In this document: piece after piece, positions 1 through 14,312 of the stretch
Position numbering within the stretch: the first letter of the stretch is position 1
How the letters are laid out: each line of letters starts with the position of its first letter
NCBI GenBank assembly: GCA_965655095.1
Contig: OZ296659.1
Coordinates: forward strand, 70,866,001-70,930,000
Length of the DNA: 64,000 nt
Direction: 5' to 3'
Source of the DNA: Haplodiscus bocki
Taxonomy: Eukaryota
Notes under the pieces: model-generated
Told to the model about the DNA's origin: nothing
Database searches by the model: none
The model's input: only the letters and a program-made list of their open reading frames with translations
Made by a program: the position numbers and the translations under genes

Positions 1-2499
1 ATTCACAACCACGATTCTCCTTGTGAGATCAGTCCTAGACTAAGTGCGGACAATCAGACCTTGGCAATCTTGCTGGTCTTAACTTTGGGAAATAACTAAT
101 CGTTCTTCTCAACTGAGAGAACTCAACCAGTCCTGAACTGAGGTAGTCCAAGCTAATTGGCGGACACTTACTAAAACTTAATCCTAACTTGAATAAGACC
201 CTGTTAATCGATAAGAACATTAAGTTTAACTTTTGATTTACTTTCCCAATGATGATATTTATATAAATGGGTTTGTGTTGATAATATTCATACCCGTTTT
301 CCGGTTTTATGTCTTACCGTTATGATTTAAACTTTAACTGATTTCATTTGTTTAGATATTTCTATACGCCTAATCTTTCGATATTTTGTCTTTCTGAGTT
401 CATTGATAATTGTAAGTTACCAGTTGATATTATTTTTAAATTAATTTATCTTTTAATAATAACAAGGTTTCTTCACAATATTCACCAGATAGAAAAAGCC
501 CTTCCCTTCGAACTCACGCCTGAGACGACCTTTGTTGAAATGTAGGAAAGCAACAGTCGCAAAATTGAATTAAGAAACTTGTCCTGAATTTCGGGATAGT
601 TTTCTAGCTTGGAATAGAGTGGCTTTTGAGACTTTCCACTACTATCCCATAGCTTTCAACATCTACGAATGAAGACCCCAACAGTTTTACACTTCACATT
701 TTTTGCCAAGAAATGCAAGAGTTTTCCTTGATTTCATGGCAAGAACAGCGATCTTGGTTTTCTGGGCAAGAGGTCACAAGGTAGGTTCTGTGCAGACACC
801 AAGTAATTTCTCATCTATTTTTTCTTTCCACATATTTTTTTTCAAACAACGGATGTTCGTAACTATAAAAATAAAACTACCTAATTACTTTCCACACCAT
901 TTTCAACAAAATATTGATAACTGGTCAAAGAATGATTGACCAAAATTGTCATTTGGCAAAGCAGTACCCAATGTTAGATGGTCTGTACTGTATTTTTCAA
1001 TATGTCACACCTCCTCGAAGATGATATGCAGATTAGTTCTCTCCATAATCTGCTCCTGATATTAATCATAGCAGTAATTGCTATTACGTTACGATCTTGG
1101 ATAATCTTGAATTTTTTGCCAAGAAAAACAAGATTTTTTGCATTTTTTCCTTGATCTTGAAAAATCTTGCAAAATCTTGCGTTTTTTGTCGAGAATAATT
1201 GCCAGATCGTAGCAAGAAATGAAAAAATATCCAACAATTTATTTGCAAATAAAACCAAAATCCCAAGAAATGGGTGCTTTCGCTCACATTAATAGCAATA
1301 ACCATTCGATTACTGACATAGTAATTTACCTTAATTTTTTTCTGGCTTTGAAGCCATGTTTCTGAAAATTTCCTAATGGATCGAAGAAAGTTAGTTTTAT
1401 TGACTCAGTCATCTTCGAAGGATTCGTCAATTAGTCGCTCAAACAAAACGTTCCGTATGCATATTTGATCAAAACGGCGCTACTTTTGACACACTTTTAA
1501 TTATACATCAAATGAAGAACTTCCGAGTTTGGCTGTTCAGAAACTCCGGAAACGAAAAGGTGAACGAAATCAGTTCCTGTTGATTCAATCAAATTTTTCA
1601 ACTCTCCCATCTAATCGCCAATGGTTTGTTCAGCTCTTCACAAGTGTGAGCGATCCGAGTTAATTTTTCGAATTTTCCTGTTCCATATGACCGAACTACT
1701 ATAATGGTTATTTTTACGCGCGCAATTCAACCAATTTATTGACAACAAATTTGCTAGAATGCAAACCAATATATCACAAAGTATGAATTGACTCATAAAT
1801 TGTACTGTATTGGTTTGCATTCTAACAAAATTATCGTCAATAAATTGTTTATTATTATTTATAAAAGTAATATTTGTTAAAAAATAATTATCAACAAATG
1901 ATTGTAAATTAATTGTTAGACCTAGCAATAGAAAAACCAGTAGATGAACAAATACCCTAGTGAACGTTGCATGAAATTTTTGTTTGATTTTGTATGTTAT
2001 CTAACACTTTTTGAATGAGTTTAGATGATTCAAATAAAAATTCTGATGTATAAAATTTGTCTGTCGCGTTGATATTTTCCAAGTTCTTTTGACAAATTTT
2101 GCACTTATCGCTTTTTTAGGTTACTTCCAAAATATGAATGACAACAAAGTTTTGAAGCTTTCCAAGTTTTAAGATGCAAATTACGTTATTTTACATGTAA
2201 CAGAAGTGTTTCATATATTATCGCGCTTTTCAGCTGATGTAGTTAGAGATGAGTTGATTTTATTGTAGTCGATATCACCTATGAAAAAAATATTAGGTCA
2301 TAATATAAATCATATTAGGTCAGGATGTCAATGATGTAATAAACAATCTCTGCGAGCGTGAAAGAGTTTTTTTCTAGACCTTGGCATTTTATTGTAAATA
2401 CTCCAATTGAAAAAAAAACCGAAAGAAGATGGTCAATATCAATGAAATATCAAATATTGAACAGACAATTTTTGAAAGAGTTCTGTTGTTGGCGGAAGA

Positions 2500-5400
2500 A
2501 GCTGCACGGAGGTGTCGTCGAAAAAATTTGGTGCTTTCTAGATTCTGTGAAAATTGGGTACTTTTGACAACCCTCAACCTTTTCCATCACATTCCTGTAG
2601 GCTCTGCTTCAAAACTCTGTTAAGTCTTTTGGGTCATCCACCCCAAGTCATCGTCTTGCAGCATTAGATCCGTCCAGTTTGAAGTAAGCAGTTTTTCACC
2701 AAGGTGGTGGACAAGACTATGTAGTGACTAGATCTGGTTAGGGTACCCTCTCAATCTCCACAATGGAGCATAGCTTTGACTCACCATTTGAGAAACAAAA
2801 CGTGGAGATGCCAAACTTGTCGCAGAGACGAAAGCATAATCATTTTGGATAAAATGGGGAGAAAAAAGTGGATAGTTATTCTGATATCAGAAGATGACTT
2901 GGGTTCGTTTGTGGAACACGCGGGAAGAACTGATGTTGTAGATTCCCATCAGTTTGTCACTGTTGGGATTGCTGTTGCTCCAATTTTCAAAAAAAATGGT
3001 TTTGATGCAAGTCCTCTGCTTTAAAGTCCCGTGTCTGATGCTCCTTTTGTTAAAATTACTTTTGTAAACGTTTTTTCTCTGCTTGATTCTCTAGTTAGAG
3101 TTGCCACTGAACATCATCAAAAAGTATATTTGAGGAGTTCTTTATTAGAGGCTGAGTATCTGAGAAGTTTTGGAATTCTTCAATGGAGTCTGTTCGGCAC
3201 AGTCAGTTACCCTCAAAGTCGGACTACTCGGTGTAACTGGCTATGAGACTTGACGTTCACATGAAATCGTCCATTGTAAGAGCAGTCTGCTTTTGGTCTG
3301 TGAACGAAGCCCAAGAGAAAATGCTTCTCTGACGAGCAGCTGTTCCTGAAGCCGGTAGATTGCTTTTTCCACCAGTTCTTATGACAACATTGTTCCGGTG
3401 TACCTCAACTGAAACCTTCGAAAGAAAATCAACAATAGTTAGCGATTGAGCACTACAAAACTTGCAGTCAAAACGACGCTTTGCTGACTTCACGGCGAAA
3501 CTCTTAAAATCTTCCGCAAGACCGCCAGGACCACCGCTTGATTCCATGGTAAACGGAACAATCATTTTCTCTTTGCGACGACAAAATTCATCAAACTGGA
3601 AAAATTTTCGCTCGGCGCTCTGTAAGCTGCAACACCTGGTTTTTCCAACACTTTGGTTACGGGAGACATTTGCAGTGGTGAGCTGATTGTTACATCTAGA
3701 AAGGACTTTTGCGACCAATTAGGAACCGTAATATCTCTGGGACTCCGACGATCAAACAGATTCAGATTATCAGTTCGGACAGTTTAATAATGTTTGTAAA
3801 TTAACAGATGCGGATAACGAAACTCCACATGTTATGCCATGCAGTCTTGTCATCACCATTTGAGCAAGTGAGCGCAATATTGCTGAGTTTAACCATTAGA
3901 TTGAACCCATAGTTTGGACAACTGATACCAAAAGGAAACAATGGCAAACACATCTGTCGGCAAATTGAATTTTGAATTTCAGCAGCCCTAAAAGCACGGC
4001 CGAGCTGGATTGAAGAAGGAGATCCGAATTTCTTTGAGGCGAGGAATTTGACAGAATGTTAGCCCTGGTAGCCTGATCTCCATCAAAAGGGAAGCTTGTT
4101 TTACTTCTGAGAGATCCTGAAAAAGTGTGAGAAACTATTGTAATTTAGAAGAGTAATGGATGAGGTTCAACTGAGAAGTCTTGGAGCTGTTCTTGAAATG
4201 CTCGGGTTGCTTGATTAGAACTAAGGCTACCACTATTGATATCGTTTTTCAAAACGTTTTCAAAATTTCAAAAAGTTTCAGTACTGGAATCTAAGTAGGT
4301 CAAAATATGACAATTCTTCGAGATTCCAATGCCCCAGCCACTGAGTTTTTGGGACAAGCAAGCAAGAGACCATTATTTCAGAGGAAGCGCATGACTTTCT
4401 CTTTTCTCCATTGTCTGCCATAGAACCCATCGACGAATAGAGCTGCTTTCTAAAGCTGTCAAAAGTCCCAGCATAAAAGCTGTTACAGAGCTGTCAAAGG
4501 TCCCTTTGGTACGCTCAAAGCGGATGGTTATCTTCTTCACGCAATCCCTTTTGGAAACGAGATAACAGTTCTCAAATAATCAATGGTACTTGCTCTCAAA
4601 CTTTATTCAGCAATGAAGTTCGAATACTAAAAGGAAGGTTTTGATAGACTCATGTCTAAGTGCAAATCAAACGCTTCAGTGTGAACTGGTGCAATTGCTG
4701 GGGACTTAGGAGACTGTGCGGTTTATCTGGGTTGCCGTCCCGTGCCACTTTCATGCACCTTCGAATAATTCCGTTGAACATTACCTGGGCCTTCGGAGCT
4801 TAGATCCGTTTTGAAACACTGCTGCGATAGCTCCTGGATCTTTCTGTTCAACCAGTGCGGAAACAAATCCAATAAAAAAACCAATAATATTTTGTTTTCC
4901 TCTTCCTGTTCATGGCGGTTAGAGCAAACAGCCGGTTCTGAGAGAAATAACAGTTTGAAAAATTTTTCGACAGTAAACCGCTGGCACACATATCTGTAGG
5001 TGAAAGCCAGTATTTTAGGACAGAGGTTGCAGCAGGCACGTGGAAAATGTTTTTTGTTTGGGAATCTGAATGAGAGAATTTCTCCCGACGAGAGCAGCTC
5101 AGGAAGATTTGTCGAAACGAGACGCCTTGAAACGCCGCCGGGTCTTTCCAACTGAAGGGTTCAGTGATAAACCACCAATTGGACGTGGAAAGCAATGCAA
5201 AAATGTGTGACTGTCATGGCCTTTTGAATTTTTTGATTTTCTGGTGTTGCAAGTGTTACAAAGATATACACCGTTATCAAAGAAGACGTACGGGAAAAAC
5301 GCTGTGGGTCTGCGTTAATCAAAAATAGTGGTCCACATGATTAAGAAAACCTTATCTGACTTTGAAAGATTGGCGTCGACATTTGTCGACTAGAAAGTTG

Positions 5401-6939
5401 AGAGCTCCAACATTTTTTACGCACGCTTGGCTAGAATTCTGGAAAAGTAGCATCTCACACAGGACAACAAGATGCAGCACACTCCTGATAAAAACCCGAG
5501 AAAAAAAACGTAAGTAGATTTTTGTCCATTTGATCTGGATGTCCCTGTTGTCTATGTTTTTGCAGCTTTTCTTCTAACTCCGAGGATTTTTTTTCGTCAA
5601 ACTTGTTCCTGTGTGAGGACCCGCTACGTGTGGATTTAGCAATGGTTTGTCTTGGTTCAATCCAATAAACAAGTAGGAAGCTTTCCCAACATCGCAAAGT
5701 TTGCTAGTCAGCAAAAGGGCAATATCAACGAAAAACTGTTCATCTTAGCTTTAGTGGCGTTCTGTGGTCTTAAAAACCGCCCGGGACGAATAATTCAAGT
5801 TTTTCTCATTTCTGCTCTGCAATTTCTCTACTTTTGTTTTTTTTTCACTCCGTGCGTTTAAGCGGAAAGAAAAAAAAATCAATTAGATGAATCAGAATCA
5901 ATTCAAGTTGACTCCAGACGCTGGTAAATATTGTTCGTTTAAGTGAAAATTGAACGGAATGCTATCACGAAAGTAAACAACTCTTCTTCTTTTTGTGACG
6001 AATCAAAGAAAAATGATCATCCAAATTCATTTTTGTCATAGAATGTAGTCTGCAATCATGGAGACATTTTACCGATAACAGGGTGCTGTTACTCTGCGTA
6101 AACTTTGGGTGTTACAAGCGGCCCATCTTGCAGAGTAACCTCCTAATTGACCAATATCCGGTAAACTACTTACATATCTTTTTCGGTTTATCTGTAAACT
6201 TTTCGGTTGTCCCTTTTGTGCTAGTCAATGAGCGATGACTGAACCAACAGTTTGGAGTTGATAGCGGTGGCGAAAAACATTGGAAGAACGAAAAAAGAAA
6301 CGTTATCATTTCATTTTCCGAACTCTGAAAAATCTTTTGATGCAGCAGTGAAAACGTTTGAAATTCAAGAATGCTAAAGGTCTGAGATTCCTATGTGTTA
6401 CGAATTTTTTGCCTGAATACAATTTTGCAAAAAAAACAAAAGTTTTGATGCAACGTTCACTAGCGACAATCATTAACTGTTAAATCAACATAAGAAAACA
6501 AAGTTTCCTCGCTAAAATTTCACATGAAGCATCATAATCGGCTCATTAGCATCACGTCAACAACAACGTCTCCTTAATTTCCACAAGAGAAGCAATAATG
6601 GCCCTATCAACAAACGCCGGCCATTGGAAAAATTGATCGCAAGTATGTACGAACAATTGCGAAAAAGCAAGAAAAAAAAAGATTTTTCTTTGATGTTTTT
6701 TGCGGAAACTTTGAGAAAAATAATTCGCAGTCAACAGAAATGGGACACGGGCAATGCATTGTTGCTCCTTGATCCTGTTGAGACAACATATAGGAGTGAA
6801 TACGAAGATATAATGGTAGTGTGTACTTTTCGATTTGAGGTCACAGTGACTTATAGCGAGCAAAAGTTATGAAGTTAGGTTCACTCCAGAAACCAAAAAT
6901 CAACGTTTCTTCTTTGATGTGTTTTCAACTTGGGGAGTT
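2500..6939 (-). mobile_element. Degenerate BEL/Pao LTR-retrotransposon pol remnant (RT, RNase H, integrase, C-terminal domain)
   Basis: Minus-strand fragments occur in BEL order. NVFTAASK (~6350) resembles VVFDASAK. ADYIL..MNLDDHF/DSSQKEEEL (~6000) resembles NFYVDDLL.S..EEE. LTSKLCDVG (~5700) resembles AKLFDPLG. LELS (~5400) resembles PRLEL. NWWFI..KDPAA/VSRR (~5150) resembles W..V....NPAD.ASRG. GGLAEDFKSFAVKSAKR and ALTMDDFM (ORF 3257-3718) resemble GG.WER.V.SVK and ALTP.HFL. DGK/RVVK occurs near 2580. Many stops and frameshifts; no LTRs identified; boundaries approximate. Confidence 0.6.
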
Positions 6940-9900
6940 ATGAAAAAATGCATGATGTCAACCAGAAAAATTTCTTTTACTGCCTAAAAAACATACACAT
7001 AGAAAATTTAAACATATATCCATCCATCCGAAATCCATACAGAAATGCATTTACGAGAACGCAAAGACACTTTTTCTGGTTGACATCATACGTCTTTATA
7101 ACGCACTCCTCCTCTCCTCCCAGTTGAAAACACATCATTGAAAAAGCAATGTTTTTTATTTTTGGGAATGTAATTAAATTCAATACTTTTGCTTGGTGTA
7201 TTTCACAGTGATCTCAAAACGATATATACGCACGACTATTTCCATTCAGACTTTCATAATCGCATTTGCACAAATTTTTGTCTCACAAAAAACTTCAATG
7301 ACTAAAGTCAATTGCAAGTCTGAAAGTGAATTAAATGTATATAAACCTTGAATATCTACTCAAATTCGCCTCCTGTAGCATAGTGGTAATGTTACCGATC
7401 AAAATTAGGGCCATTGCAGTCTGAGTGTTTGGAGTTCAATTCAAATCATGTCGCATTGTCTTTGCCGATTCGGTTTTTTCATCAACAAATCGCTTCGAGA
7501 AAGCGACACGAGGTTGCTTTAGGAGAAACTCTGAGTCAATGTGCTCGAATATATTGGTTTGATAAAAGGGGAAACTAACCAGGAATGCTATGTTGGAGAC
7601 ACTTGAAGAAGTCAAAATACAATAGTCGGCCAGTGAAGTTTTTGAAAAAAGTTTTGGAAACAACTTTTGCTTCATATCAAAAATCAGCGGCAGCTACAGT
7701 TATATCGAGATAAGTGAATAGTTTTATATTTAATTGCAGCCTAACTGAATACTATAATCTGTGACAAAGGTAATAAAAATGCGGGGGAAGAAATCAAAAC
7801 CTTTTCAAAAAAAAGCAGTTGAAAAAAAAGTAAAACGCGATCTTTGTGGTTCAAATATGAATTAATTGTACTTAACAATTACGTTCAAAATTTTCCAAAA
7901 GTTTACATACAACAAGTTAGAAATCAAATTGTGGCAGTTGTAAAAATTTTTTGATGTTGTTTATTATGTAGAGCAAAACAATGATGAAAAACAAGGAGCC
8001 GAGAATTTTTATAGATCAGTATTTGTAATTGACAGAAGAATTCACTTTCTGTTTCATTTAAAAAACGGTAAAGTTACTGCAGACAAAATTTGAAAAGACT
8101 TTTCAGTTAAAATTTCTTTCTGAATGGTAGAATAAGAGATTATTACCCCCTTGGCTTAAAAATGATTAAGCTTCTGTTTTGATAGAAATTACTCATGAAA
8201 ATTTATTTGTCGTTATGAATGTTATCAGCCAATTACCTATAGCGTTTTATATAGAATATTCTAGAAGAAATGACCAACCTAAATTTAGGTCAAAAATAAT
8301 AATTGATATTATCAATGAAAGCGAGGAACTTCTTCAAACCAGCCTGACAGTGACAACCATCCCCACAGAAAAAAATGTATATGAAAAAGAATTGGAATTT
8401 GATTTGAAGAAGATCACGGGAGATGAAAACATAAAAATCATAAATAGGTGTAATAATCATTAGAAAATTGAAACTCTAAAACTTGACTTGTTGAATTTGG
8501 TTTAGATTTAGACATCCATTTCTCTAAGTCTTCCACCTGCATAACTTCTCATCACTTGATTATTTTGAATGGCCAAATCAAATTTATCATTGTCTTCTCT
8601 TAATTTCTGAAACAAAAAAGGTTCCTTAGAACATGAACCATGTAATGAAACAAGGAAAATACAAAAAAGGCTTTCTCATTTTTCCAATGAACTTTTCACC
8701 AGAGCCGGACATTACCAACACATCAAATCCAATAACCATGTTTTTGAAAGGGTCAAATATCAGCATGTGAAAGGGGTAAAAAACATATTTTCAAAAGAAA
8801 AACTATGTTTGCAAATTAAAAATGCAACTATTGTAAAACATTCTTTATAATTACTGAGCGCTGATAACATGTTACAGCTCAATTTTACTTAGAAAAGAAA
8901 ATCAACTTTATTTCAGATAAAAATTCATCCAACAAATGATGGATACGAAGACAACCACAAGAAAGGAACTTTCTTGTTGTTGCGAGAAAGACTTGCAACA
9001 AAAGTTTTTTAAAAGGCACTTCAATCCAAAAACCCATTTGAAAGATACAGGTGAAAAAAGTTAAGAGAGAAAAAAAAATTTACAGAGCACAAAGTAAAAA
9101 AATGAATCTTCGATCTGAAGTATGTCTGAAAAAAATGAAGGAGCAATGTGAAGCTTTTAAAAAGAGTCTAAGCGACAAAAACGAACAAACTTTCACAAAA
9201 ATAAACCTTAAAAAGGTTTAAAAAACACAAACAATCCAGATAGAATAGTTCGTATTTTTGGTCATCTTCATCTTTGTTTTAGGAGAAGAATTGTTAATGA
9301 ACAAAAGAAATCGTAAACAAATATTAGGAGTAATAAACAAGAATAAAAATTGGGAAAAAGCAAAAAAAATCCATCCACACCATCTTTTGGTTTGCAAAAA
9401 GAATGTAAAACAGAATCAAAATCCAATTCACGTGATTTTTTGATACCTCTCTTGAAATCAAAGCTTTAAAAAAAGAACAAAAAATCCTTGAAAACGATAT
9501 GAACTGTTTAGTTACAGAAGTATGTACAAACTATTCCATTTCAATTAGGCAAACTAATTTCAGATTTCAAGAATCTTTAAAAGTTTTTTTTGAAACAAAA
9601 TTTTACAATCTCAAGGAAGTGAATGATTTGATTTTATTAATGACTGTTTTGTAGATTTGAAAAAGAGACAAAATAACTCACTAGGAGGCATAGATGGAAT
9701 AGATACCGAACCCGAATTTACTGCGTCTGTTGGAAACAGAGAAATGAACGGAACAGATTAGGTTTATGATCGAACTTCTAGTATGAAGATTGATCTTCAG
9801 AAATATATAATGGAAAAATGTAGTGCTTGCGTTAATCTACAACAAAAATTTTATCAATTCTAAACAGTCAAAACAAAATCGTTATTCTATGTAGAATTTG

Positions 9901-9950
9901 GTGTACATAGCATTCATTACTCATGGTCGATTAAGAATTATTGATACCAT
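6940..9950 (+). mobile_element. Polinton-like fragment (block B), ending in a probable decayed pPolB N-terminal region; duplicated at 11305-14312
   Basis: NREMNGTD*VYDRTSSMKIDL..KCSACVNL..RYSM*NLVYIAF (~9735-9920) resembles the E..GSGW.F......I / SYV.LP / KYCF.WSI.A segment of Polinton polymerase N-termini. The 7200-8400 part has a diverged homologue at ~21180-22400 inside the Polinton fossil. Confidence 0.45.
7369..7479 (+). ncRNA. tRNA-derived RNA polymerase III cassette (degenerate; second copy at 11734-11845)
   Basis: TATATAAA lies ~30 bp upstream. A-box TAGCATAGTGG (7376-7386) has a pairable D-arm GCAT-AGTGGTA-ATGT. B-box GTTCAATTC is at 7434-7442 and a T6 terminator at 7474-7479. T-stem and acceptor stem do not pair, so this is not an intact tRNA. 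Confidence 0.5.
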
Positions 9951-11304
9951 GATTTTTGTTCGTCAACCCTGTTTCTGTGTGAGGACCAGCTACGTGTGGA
10001 TTTAGCAATGGTTTGTCTTGGTTCAATCCAATAAACAAGTAGGAAGCTTTCCCAACATCGCAAAGTTTGCTAGTCAGCAAAAGGGCAATATCAACGAAAA
10101 ACTGTTCATCTTGGCTTCGGTGGCGTTCTGTTGTCTTAAAAACCGCCCGGGACGAATATTTCAAGTTGTTCTCATTTCTGCTCTGCAATTTCTCTACTTT
10201 TGTTTTTTTTCACTCCGTGCGTTTTGGCGGAAAGAAAAAATTCAATTAGAAGAATCAGAATCAATTCAGGTTGACTCCAGACGCTGGTAAATTTTGTTCG
10301 TTTAAGTGAAAATTGAACGGAATGCTATCACGAAAGTAAACAACTCTTCTTCTTTTTGTGACGAATCAAAAAAAAGTTGATCATCCCAATTCATTTTCGT
10401 CATTGAATGTAGTCTGCAATCATGGAGACATTTCACCGATAACAGGGTGCTGTTACTTTGCGTAAACTTTAGGTGTTACAAGCGGCCCATCTTGGAGAGT
10501 AACCTCCTAATTGACCAGTATCCGGTAAACTACTTACAGATCTTTTTCGGTTTGTCTGTAAACATTTTGGTTGTCCCTTTTGTGCTAGTCAATGAGCGAT
10601 GACTGAACCAACAGTTTGGAGTTGATAGCGGTGGCGAAAAACATTGGAAGAACGAAAAAAGAAACGTTATCATTTCATTTTCCGAACTCTGAAAAATCTT
10701 TTGATGCAGCAGTGAAAACGTTTGAAATTCAAGAATGCTAAAGGTCTGAGATTCCTATGTGTTACGAATTTTTTGCCTGAATACAATTTTGCAAAAAAAA
10801 ACAAAAGTTTTGATGCAACGTTCACTAGCGACAATCATTAACTGTTAAATCAACATAAGAAAACAAAGTTTCCTCGCTAAAATTTCACATGAAGCATCAT
10901 AATCGGCTCATTAGCATCACGTCAACAACAACGTCTCCTTAATTTCCACAAGAGAAGCAATAATGGCCCTATCAACAAACGCCGGCCATTGGAAAAATTG
11001 ATCGCAAGTATGTACGAACAATTGCGAAAAAGCAAGAAAAAAAAAGATTTTTCTTTGATGTTTTTTGCGGAAACTTTGAGAAAAATAATTCGCAGTCAAC
11101 AGAAATGGGACACGGGCAATGCATTGTTGCTCCTTGATCCTGTTGAGACAACATATAGGAGTGAATACGAAGATATAATGGTAGTGTGTACTTTTCGATT
11201 TGAGGTCACAGTGACTTATAGCGAGCAAAAGTTATGAAGTTAGGTTCACTCCAGAAACCAAAAATCAACGTTTCTTCTTTGATGTGTTTTCAACTTGGTG
11301 AGTT
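9951..11304 (-). mobile_element. Second copy of BEL/Pao RT fragment (block A)
   Basis: Direct repeat of 5585-6939, which carries the BEL RT-like motifs. Confidence 0.6.
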
Positions 11305-14300
11305 ATGAAAAAATGCATGATGTCAACCAGAAAAATTTCTTTTACTGCCTAAAAAACATACACATAGAAAATTTAAACATATATCCATCCATCCGAAATC
11401 CATACAGAAATGCATTTACGAGAACGCAAAGACACTTTTTCTGGTTGACATCATACGTCTTTATAACCCACTCCTCCTCTCCTCCCAGTTGAAAACACAT
11501 CATTGAAAAAGCAATGATTTTTATTTTTGGGAATGTAATTAAATTCAATACTTTTGCTTGGTGTATTTCACAGTGATCTCAAAACGATATATACGCACGA
11601 CTATTTCCATTCAGACTTTCATAATCGCATTTGCACAAATTTTTGTCTCACAAAAAACTTCAATGACTAAAGTCAATTGCAATTCTGAAAGTGAATTAAA
11701 TGTATATAAACCTTGAATATCTACTCAAATTCGCCTCCTGTAGCATAGTGGTAATGTTACCGATCAAAAATAGGGCCATTGCAGTCTGAGTGTTTGGAGT
11801 TCAATTCAAATCATGTCGCATTGTCTTTGCCGATTCGGTTTTTTTCATCAACAAATCGCTTCGAGAAAGCGACACGAGGTTGCTTTAGGAGAAAATCTGA
11901 GTCATTGTGCTCGAATATATTGGTTTGATAAAGGGGGAAACTAACCAGGAATGCTATGTTGGACACACTTGAAGAAGTCAAAATACAAAAGTCGACCAGT
12001 GAAGTTTTTGAAAAAAGTTTCAGATAAGATTTTGCTTCATATGAAATTTCAGCGGCAGCTACAGTTATATCGAGATATGTGAATAATTTTATATTTAATT
12101 GAAGCCTAACTGAATAATATAAGCTGTGACAAAGGTAACAAAAATGCGGGGGAAAAAATCAAAACCTATTCAAAAAAAGCAGGTGAAAAAAGTAAAACGC
12201 GATCTTTGTGGTTCAAATATGAATTAAATGTACTTACCAATTCTATTCAAAATTTTCCAAAAGTTTACATACAACAAGTTAGAAATCAAAATGTGGCAGT
12301 TGTAAAAAATTTTTGATGTTGTTTATTTTGTAGAGCAAAACAATGATGAAAAACAAGGCGCCGAGAATTTTTATAGATCAGTATGTGTAATTGACAGAAG
12401 AATTCAATTTCTGTTTCATTTAAAAACGGTAAAGTTACTGCAGACAAAATTTGAAAAGGCTTTTCAGTTAAAATTTCTTTCTGAATGGTAGAATACGAGA
12501 TTATTACCCCCGTGGCCTAAAAATGATTAAGCTTCTGTTTTGATAGAAATTACTCATGAAAAATTATTTGTCGTTATGAATGTTATCAGCCAATTAGCTA
12601 TAGCATTCTATAGTGAATATTCTAGAAGAAATGACCAACCTAAATATAGGTCAAAAATAAAAATTGATATTATCAATGAAAGCGAGGAACTTCTTCTTAC
12701 CAGCTTGCCAGTGACAACCATCCCCACAGAAAATAATGTATATGAAAAAGAATTGAAATTTGATTTGAAGATTATCACGGGAGGTAAAAACATAAAAATC
12801 ATAAATAGGTGTAATAATCATTATAAAATTGAAACTCTAAAACTTGACTTGTTGAATTTGGTTTAGATTTAGACATCCTTTTTTCTAAGTCTTCCACCTG
12901 CATAACTTCTCATCACTTGATTATTTTGAATCGCCAAATCAAATTTATCATTGTTTTCTCTTAATTTCTGAAACAAAAAAGTTCCTTAGAACATGAACCA
13001 TGTAATAAAACAAGGAAAATACAAAAAAAGGACTTTCTCATTTTTCCAATGAACTTTTCACGAGAGCCGGACATTACCAACACATCAATTTCAAAAACCC
13101 TGTTTTTGAAAGGGTCAAATATCAACATGTGAAAGGGGTAAAAAACGTATTTTTAAAAGAAGAAACATGTTTGCAAATTAAAAATGCAACTATTGTAAAA
13201 CATTTTTTACAATCACTGAGGGCTAATAACATATTACAGCTCAATTTTACTTAGAAAAGAAAAGCAACTTTATTTCAGATAAAATTTCATCGAACAAATG
13301 ATCGATACGAAGACAACCACAAGAAAGGAACTTTCTTATTGTTGAGAGAAAGACTTACAACAAAAGTTTTTTAAAAGGCACTTCAATCCAAAAACCCATT
13401 TGAAAGATACAGGTGAAAAAAAGTTATGTGAGAAAAAAAAACTTTTACAAAGCACAAAGTAAAAAAAATGAATCTTGGATCTGAAGGGTGTCTGAAAAAA
13501 ATGAAAAAGCAATGTGAAGTTTGTAAAAACAGTCTCAGAGACAAAAACGAACAAACTTACACAAAAATAAACATTAAAAAAGGTATAAAAAACACAACCA
13601 ATCCGGATAGAATAGTTTGTACTTTTGGTCACCTTTGTTTTAGGAGAAGAAATGTTAATGAACAAAAGAAATCGTAAACAAATATTAGGAGTATTAAACA
13701 AGAATAAAAATTCGGAAAAAGCAAAAAAATTCCAGCTACACCATCTCTTGGTTTGCAAAAAGAATGTAAAACAGAATCAAAATCCAATTCACGTGATTTT
13801 TTGATACCTCTCTTGAAATCAAAACTTTAAAAAAAGAAAAAACAATCATTGAAAACGATATGAAGTGTTTAGTTACAGAAGTATGTACAAACTATTCCAT
13901 TTCAATTAGGCAAACTAAATTCAGATTTCAAGAATCTTTAAAAGTTTCTTTTTGAAACAAAAAGTTACAATTTCAAGGAAGTGAAAGATTTGATTTTATT
14001 AATGACTCGTTTGTAGACTTGAAAAGGAGACAAAATAACTCACTAGAAAGCATAGATGGAATAGATACCGAACCCGAAAATACTGCGTCTGTTGGAAACA
14101 GAGAAATGAACGGAACACATTAGGTTTATGATCGAATTTCTAGTATGAAGATTGATCTTCAGAAATATATAATAGAAAAATGTAGTGCTTGCGTTGATCT
14201 AAAACAAAAAACTTATCAATTCTCAATAGTCAAAACAAAATGGTTATTCTATGTGGAATTTGGTGTACATAACATTCATTACTCATGGTCGATTACGAAT

Positions 14301-14312
14301 TAATGATACCAT

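Noticed and set aside
1-560. Possible LTR or element end at the window start
   Set aside because: No partner repeat, PBS or TSD is visible within the window.
6624-6872. 82-aa plus-strand ORF conserved in two copies
   Set aside because: Identity reflects the recent duplication. It is antisense to BEL-like pol sequence and disrupted in the third copy.
6950-7130. DEDD-like nuclease remnant (FFWLTSYV)
   Set aside because: Only one short motif resembles such proteins, which is insufficient support.
7369-7450. Functional tRNA gene
   Set aside because: Acceptor, anticodon and T stems do not pair; only the promoter boxes and D-arm remain.
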